From: Actinomycetes bacterium | Lineage (GTDB): Bacteria; Actinomycetota; Thermoleophilia; Gaiellales; Gaiellaceae | Reading direction: 5' to 3' | Length of the DNA stretch: 31,170 nucleotides | NCBI GenBank assembly: GCA_031425855.1 | Contig: JANPKC010000131.1 | Coordinates: forward strand, 1 to 31,170 | Part shown: positions 26,535 to 31,170 of the stretch, in pieces | Numbering within the stretch: position 1 is the first letter of the stretch | Layout: each line of letters begins with the position of its first letter | The notes under the pieces: generated by a model | What the model saw: the letters and a program-made list of their open reading frames with translations, nothing else | Told to the model about the DNA's origin: nothing | The model's database searches: none | Made by a program: the position numbers and the translations under genes

Positions 26535-27092
26535 TCAACCATGCGGGTTTTCAGCGGTCTTAGCGGCCTCGACGAGTTCTCCTGCACGGTAGAGGGAGCG
26601 CAGACGGACGCCGAGGCGGGCCAGCGCGTCGGCTCCGCCCTCCTCGCGGTCGACGACGCAGATCGCGTTTCGGACGACGAGACCGGCCTCCCGCAACGCC
26701 TCGACGGCCTCCGCGAGCGCGCCGCCGGAGGTGACGACGTCCTCGATCAGGCAGACGAGCTCTCCCGTCTCGAACGGCCCTTCCAGGCGGTTCGCGGTCC
26801 CGTACTCCTTGGCGCTGTCGCGGACGATCACGAACGGAAGCCCGGACGCAAGCGATGCGGAGGCCGCCAGCGCGACCGCGCCGAGCGCCGGCCCCGCGAG
26901 GCGCACCGCGTCGGGCTCGTGCTCCCGGACGGCGGCGGCGAGCCGATCGCCCAGCGGGCCGAGCAGCTCCGGCAGCGTCTCGAACCGGTACTTGTCGAGG
27001 TAGTAGCTCGACCGGCGGCCGGAGCGGAGCAGGAAGTCGCCCTCGAGCAGCGCGTGCTCGCGAAGGCGGGCTCCGAGCTCGTCGACGGTCAC
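26535..27092 (-). CDS. pyrE: Orotate phosphoribosyltransferase
   Basis: GDFLLRSGRRSSYYLDKY, KEYGT, CLIEDVVTSGG (PRPP loop) and VVDREEGG. Confidence 0.93.
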   Translation of the reverse strand: MTVDELGARLREHALLEGDFLLRSGRRSSYYLDKYRFETLPELLGPLGDRLAAAVREHEPDAVRLAGPALGAVALAASASLASGLPFVIVRDSAKEYGTANRLEGPFETGELVCLIEDVVTSGGALAEAVEALREAGLVVRNAICVVDREEGGADALARLGVRLRSLYRAGELVEAAKTAENPHG

Positions 27093-27265
27093 AGCGCCCG
27101 TCGGGCCAGCGCGAGCAGCCGGGCCGCCTCGGGAGCGTCGTCGGCGAGCGTGACCGTCGAGCCGTCGTCGAAGTGGAGGTGGACCCGCTCCCTGCGCGCG
27201 TCGCGGCGGCGCCTGAGGTAGAGCGGGCCTCCGACGAGGACGAGCAGGCCGAGCGCCCTACGCAC
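27089..27265 (-). CDS. Small single-pass membrane protein
   Basis: 58 aa VRRALGLLVLVGGPLYLRRRRDARRERVHLHFDDGSTVTLADDAPEAARLLALARRAL. Overlaps the roadblock stop and is GTGA-coupled to pyrE. Confidence 0.6.
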   Translation of the reverse strand: MRRALGLLVLVGGPLYLRRRRDARRERVHLHFDDGSTVTLADDAPEAARLLALARRAL

Positions 27266-27659
27266 CGGCCGGCTCAGACTTCCGCGCGGCCCGGCGCCGG
27301 GGTTTCGGCTTCTCGCGGGCCTCGGCCACGGTGCGGAGGCAGGATCTGAGGTCGTAGAGGACGAGGCCGGACGCGGGGGCGGCGCTGGTGCGCGCGACGA
27401 TCGCGAGGTTCCCGTCGCGGGCGGCGAAGATGCTGCCCTCTGAGAGCGAGGCCTCGATCTGGGTGACGGCGCGGCCGCCCGTGCCGAAGCGCGCCTCGGC
27501 CGCCTCGAGCATGGCCAGACCTCCCCCGGCGAGCCGCTGCGTGCCGCTGTCGTCGGCGATCGTCGAGGCGACGACCGCTCCCTCACCGTCGACGAGGACG
27601 GCCTCCTCGAGCTGCGAGGAGATCTCCGTCAGGTCGGCGAGTGCGGACGCGGCATCCAC
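27258..27659 (-). CDS. Roadblock/LC7 (MglB-like) domain protein
   Basis: ALADLTEISSQLEEAVLVDGEGAVVAST...QIEASLSEGSIFAARDG...GLVLYDLRSCL follows the helix-strand pattern of roadblock domains; basic tail. TATCGT -10 box 7 nt before the GTG. Confidence 0.7.
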   Translation of the reverse strand: MDAASALADLTEISSQLEEAVLVDGEGAVVASTIADDSGTQRLAGGGLAMLEAAEARFGTGGRAVTQIEASLSEGSIFAARDGNLAIVARTSAAPASGLVLYDLRSCLRTVAEAREKPKPRRRAARKSEPAGA

Positions 27660-27681
27660 GGTCGAGACGATACTGGCGGGC

Positions 27682-28497
27682 GTGCACAAGCCGCTCGCCC
27701 AACCCCTGGCCAAATTCTTCGCCGACCGGGGCACGCACCTCGCGGCGATGATCGCGTACTTCGGCCTTCTCTCCTCGGTCTCTCTGATCTTCCTGGCGCT
27801 CGCACTGCTCGGCTTCACCGGGCGGGCGGAGGAGTCGAGCTACCTCGTGCGGGAGTTGCAGCAGCTCTTCCCCTCACAGTCGATCACCGACATCGTCCGC
27901 GTCGTCGAGGCGATCACGTCGAACGCGACGACGCTGGGCCTGATCGGCGGCGCGTTTCTCCTCTGGACGTCGCTCTCGCTCTTCAGCGTGCTCGAGTCGG
28001 CGTTCAACATCGTCTACGGGCGGCCGAACCGATCCTTCCTGCGCGGGAAGTTCCTCGCGACCCTCTTCATGGCCGGGTCGCTGATCATCCTCTCGACCGC
28101 GCTCGTGCTCGGCTCGTTCGGGTACGACGTGCTCGACCGCTTCGCCCCGGGCGTGTTCGACAACGCTGCCGCCGCGTACGGGCTCTCGGCGGTGATCTCG
28201 ACGATCGCGGTATTCGTCTTCCTCGTCGCGGCGTACGAGCGGCTGACGAACGCGCGGCTGACGCTGCGCGAGGTCTGGCCGGGGGCAGCGCTCGCCGCGG
28301 TGCTCCTCCAGGTGACGTTCCAGGTGCTGCCGCTCTTCGTCCGGCTCTCTCACGAGGTGGTGGCGGTCCAGGCGCTAGGAGCCTCGGTGCTGCTGCTCGT
28401 CTGGATCTACGTGATGGCGAACGTGATCGTCTTCGGCGCTGAGGTGAACTGGTGGTACGCCCGGCGGGACGAGGAGCAGATCGCGGGACTGGCCTGA
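27682..28497 (+). CDS. YihY/virulence factor BrkB family membrane protein
   Basis: AAMIAYFGLLS, LLWTSLSLFSVLESAFNIVYG and LLLVWIYVMANVIVFGAEVN; about 6 TM segments. Confidence 0.9.
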   Translation: MHKPLAQPLAKFFADRGTHLAAMIAYFGLLSSVSLIFLALALLGFTGRAEESSYLVRELQQLFPSQSITDIVRVVEAITSNATTLGLIGGAFLLWTSLSLFSVLESAFNIVYGRPNRSFLRGKFLATLFMAGSLIILSTALVLGSFGYDVLDRFAPGVFDNAAAAYGLSAVISTIAVFVFLVAAYERLTNARLTLREVWPGAALAAVLLQVTFQVLPLFVRLSHEVVAVQALGASVLLLVWIYVMANVIVFGAEVNWWYARRDEEQIAGLA

Positions 28498-28514
28498 ACC
28501 GACGCGCCGCTCCA

Positions 28515-28545
28515 GGACATGCCGGGGCCAGGACCCCACACGTCC
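28515..28545 (+). repeat. REP-like 31-bp palindromic element, copy 1
   Basis: GGACATGCCGGGGCCAGGACCCCACACGTCC; 27/31 identical to the reverse complement of 28853-28883. Confidence 0.75.
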
Positions 28546-28579
28546 CGCCTGGACGGTGGCAGGAGGGGGAGAGCGGAGT

Positions 28580-28798
28580 TCACGACGCGTCCCCGGACTC
28601 GACCAGCTCCCGAGCCCGCTCCAGGTCGCCGGGAGCGACGAGAATCTCGCGCGGCCCGCCACTTCCGGTCCCCTCCCATGCGCCCACGCCCATGTCGGTC
28701 TGGCGGTGGTCGCAGGCGATCCCCTCTGTTCTCAGCAGGCCACAGATCGCCTCGGCCGCCATGCCGTCGCCGACGACGGTGAGCCGAACTCCGAACAC
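28580..28798 (-). CDS. DUF2007-like (putative signal-transducing, PII-like) small protein
   Basis: RLTVVGDGMAAEAICGLLRTEGIAC...EILVAPGDLERARELV matches the AE...GLL..EGI / I.V...D.ERA..L pattern. TACTGT -10 box 6 nt before the GTG. Confidence 0.78.
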   Translation of the reverse strand: MFGVRLTVVGDGMAAEAICGLLRTEGIACDHRQTDMGVGAWEGTGSGGPREILVAPGDLERARELVESGDAS

Positions 28799-28852
28799 CG
28801 GTCCACAGTAACGACCAGTGCAGCGACCACCGCTGCCGGACGTGGCCGCTGC

Positions 28853-28883
28853 GGACACGTGGGGTCCTGGCCCCGACACGTCC
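28853..28883 (-). repeat. REP-like 31-bp palindromic element, copy 2
   Basis: Minus strand reads GGACGTGTCGGGGCCAGGACCCCACGTGTCC and starts 2 nt after the rdgB stop. Confidence 0.75.
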
Positions 28884-28885
28884 GT

Positions 28886-29437
28886 TCAGGACAGCGCTGC
28901 TCGTAGTGCGGCGGCGGCGCGGGCGCGGTGGGAGTTCGCCCGCTTCCAGTCGTCGCCGAGCTCCGCGACGGTCAGCGTCTCGCCCGCCGGGACGAAGATC
29001 GGGTCGTAGCCGAAGCCCTCGGCGCCCCGCCGTTCGGTCGTGATCGCCCCCTCCAGGATCCCGGTGCCCCGCCGTTCCTCCCCGGCCGGGCCGAGCGCGA
29101 CGAGCTCGCAGACATAGCGGGCGCGGCGGTCGCCGACGGCCTCGAGCTCGGCGAGGAGCCGCACGACGCCGTCCTCCGCCCAGCGCGCCGAGGCGAGCCC
29201 GGGACGACCGCCGAGCGCGACGGCCTCGATCCCCGAGTCCTCCCCGAGCGCCCATTCATCCGGACTGCTCGCCTCGCGGCCGAACGCGGCCTTGGCGCGC
29301 GCGTTCTCGTAGTACGTCGACCCGTCCTCGGGCGGATACTCGCGGTCGCTCTCCAGGAGCTCGATCTCCCAGCCGGGCTGAGCCGCCCGCAGCTCGTCCA
29401 GCTTGTGCCGGTTCCCGGACGCGAGCCGCGCCCTCAC
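28886..29437 (-). CDS. rdgB: Non-canonical purine NTP pyrophosphatase (RdgB/HAM1)
   Basis: LASGNRHKLDE, EDGSTYYENARAKA, EDSGIE, RPGLASARW, GFGYDPIF and SHRARA. GTGA-coupled. Confidence 0.93.
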   Translation of the reverse strand: MRARLASGNRHKLDELRAAQPGWEIELLESDREYPPEDGSTYYENARAKAAFGREASSPDEWALGEDSGIEAVALGGRPGLASARWAEDGVVRLLAELEAVGDRRARYVCELVALGPAGEERRGTGILEGAITTERRGAEGFGYDPIFVPAGETLTVAELGDDWKRANSHRARAAAALRAALS

Positions 29438-30108
29438 GGCCGCCACTGGACGCGCTCGACGTCGTCGAGCTTGTTGACCTCCTCGGCTACGCGCGCGGAC
29501 TCCACCCGGCGGGACGCGCGCAGGGTCACGTCGATCGTGCGCTCGTCGCCGAACTCGACCTGGCTGACCTGCCCGCCCAGCTCCTCGATCGCCGACAGCA
29601 CGCTCGTGGCGTCGCCGTCGTGGACGAGCACGATCGCGAGCTCCGCCTCCTCGGGCCGCACCCGCGCGACGAGCCGCGACGAGATCAGCTTCAGCGGGCC
29701 GAGCGAGATCAGCACGAGCAGGGCCGCACCGATGCCGACCGTGTAGTAGCCGGTGCCGGCGGCCATGCCGATCGCCGCCACGGCCCAGAGCGTCGCGGCG
29801 GTCGTCAGGCCGCGGACCGAGATCCCGCGCACGATGATCGCCCCTGCGCCGAGGAAGCCGACGCCCGTCACGATCTGGGCCGCGATCCGGGTGGGGTCGA
29901 AGACGATCCCCGACTCGGTCGAGAACGTCCAGTCCGTCCACGCGTAGGCGGAGACGAGCGTGAAGACACAGGCGCCGAGCGAGACGAGCAGGTGCGTGCG
30001 GAAGCCCGCCTCGTGGTCGCGCAACTCGCGCTCGAGCCCGATCGCGCCGCCCAGCCCCGCGGCGACGAGGAGCCGCAGCAACGCCTCGGCGGTCGAGAGC
30101 TCAGGCAC
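29434..30108 (-). CDS. MgtC/SapB family membrane protein with C-terminal ACT-like domain
   Basis: [37 protein letters not shown] and GLTTAATLW. Confidence 0.92.
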   Translation of the reverse strand: MPELSTAEALLRLLVAAGLGGAIGLERELRDHEAGFRTHLLVSLGACVFTLVSAYAWTDWTFSTESGIVFDPTRIAAQIVTGVGFLGAGAIIVRGISVRGLTTAATLWAVAAIGMAAGTGYYTVGIGAALLVLISLGPLKLISSRLVARVRPEEAELAIVLVHDGDATSVLSAIEELGGQVSQVEFGDERTIDVTLRASRRVESARVAEEVNKLDDVERVQWRP

Positions 30109-30814
30109 GCTCGGCGGCGATGGCGTCGTTCTGGGCGGCGACGATCTCCTCGCAGCCCGAAGCTGCGAGGTCGAGCAGCTGGTCGAGCAGCTCGCGGGAG
30201 AACGGGTCGCGCTCGGCCGTCGCCTGCACCTCGACGAGGTCGCCGGCCGCGGTCATGACGACGTTCATGTCCGTCTCGGCGGTCGAGTCCTCGGAGTAGT
30301 CGAGGTCGAGGATCGGCCGTCCGTCGACGACGCCGACCGAAACCGCGGCCACCTGGCCGGGCAGCGCCTTCGACAGCCCGAACCGGTCGAGCGCCCGCGA
30401 GGCCGCGACGTATGCGCCCGAGATCGCGGCACAGCGGGTGCCGCCGTCGGCCTGGAGCACATCGCAGTCGAGCCAGAGCGTCCGCTCGCCGAGCGCCTCG
30501 AAGTCGCAGACCGAGCGGAGCGCGCGGCCGATCAGCCGCTGGATCTCGACCGTCCGGCCGCCCTGCTTGCCCTTCGCAGCCTCCCGCTCGACGCGGTCGC
30601 CCGTCGAGGCGGGCAGCAGCGAGTACTCGGCCGTCATCCAGCCGCGGCCCGAGCGGTGAAGCCAGCGCGGGACGCGGTCCTCGACCATCGCCGTGCAGAG
30701 CACGCGCGTCTTGCCCTGGGAGTACAGCACCGAGCCGTGCGCCTGCTCGAGCCAGTCGGGGACGAGCTCGAGCGCGCGAAGCTGGTCGTCGCGTTGGCGG
30801 CCGTCCGCTCTCAT
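30101..30814 (-). CDS. rph: Ribonuclease PH
   Basis: [65 protein letters not shown] and EVQATAE. Confidence 0.96.
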   Translation of the reverse strand: MRADGRQRDDQLRALELVPDWLEQAHGSVLYSQGKTRVLCTAMVEDRVPRWLHRSGRGWMTAEYSLLPASTGDRVEREAAKGKQGGRTVEIQRLIGRALRSVCDFEALGERTLWLDCDVLQADGGTRCAAISGAYVAASRALDRFGLSKALPGQVAAVSVGVVDGRPILDLDYSEDSTAETDMNVVMTAAGDLVEVQATAERDPFSRELLDQLLDLAASGCEEIVAAQNDAIAAERA

Positions 30815-31170
30815 GCGGCGGCCGCTTCCAGGGTCGCGATCTCCACGTGCTCGACCTCCTCGATCGGGAGCTGCAGGAAGCGGCGGCCCATCTCCCGAAA
30901 GGCGGTCGGGTCGCCGGTGGTCAGGAAGCCGTAGGTGCCCTCGCGGGCGGGATCGTTCTCGATCCGCTTCCGCGCCAGCGTCTCGGCGACCTCGCGCGCC
31001 GTTTCGTCGGCGGAGAAGACGAGCGTCACCTCGCGGCCGAAGACGCGCTGGAGGATCGGGCGGATCAGCGGGTAATGCGTGCAGCCAAGGATCACGGTGT
31101 CGACGTCCGCGGCCTTCAGAGGATCGGCCACCTCGCGCACTGCTTCGAGCATCTCCTCGCCGAAGGTCTC
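30811..31170 (-). CDS. murI: Glutamate racemase (C-terminal part; 5' end outside the window)
   Basis: [13 protein letters not shown] and FLTTGDP..F; upstream of rph, as is typical. Confidence 0.92.
   Translation of the reverse strand, partial: ETFGEEMLEAVREVADPLKAADVDTVILGCTHYPLIRPILQRVFGREVTLVFSADETAREVAETLARKRIENDPAREGTYGFLTTGDPTAFREMGRRFLQLPIEEVEHVEIATLEAAAA

Overview
Very GC-rich bacterial chromosomal window. Gene order and promoter style are actinobacterial; Thermoleophilia/Gaiellales is an inference only. It is mostly housekeeping, read on the minus strand: murI-rph-mgtC-rdgB, hup, pyrE, pyrF, a DD-carboxypeptidase, pfkB, guaB-guaA, rplM-rpsI-glmM-glmS and acpS-nnr. Most long plus-strand ORFs in the supplied track are antisense shadows. 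Two loci stand out. (1) At the left edge, a small secreted Ser/Thr-rich protein with a SipW-type signal peptide sits directly upstream of a SipW-type signal peptidase fused to a large membrane-anchored domain. The ORF track missed this peptidase because it runs off the window. The pair is a candidate TasA-like fibre/pilus system. (2) An NAD-linked formate dehydrogenase locus has an alpha subunit split in the ORF track by an in-frame TGA (7428-7430). That TGA lies at the catalytic selenocysteine position and is followed by a SECIS-like hairpin; the subunit also has an atypical Sec-proximal motif and an altered Fe-S ligand set. Non-coding signals include a LexA box inside a complete promoter of a DEDD/GIY-YIG nuclease gene, many leaderless-type -10 boxes, two divergent genes sharing one CATG, a structured glmS leader that lacks the glmS ribozyme core, REP-like palindromes and an orphan Phd-type antitoxin. 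I saw no rRNA, tRNA, CRISPR array or transposase. Protein family calls come from motifs I recognised; no database searches were run.
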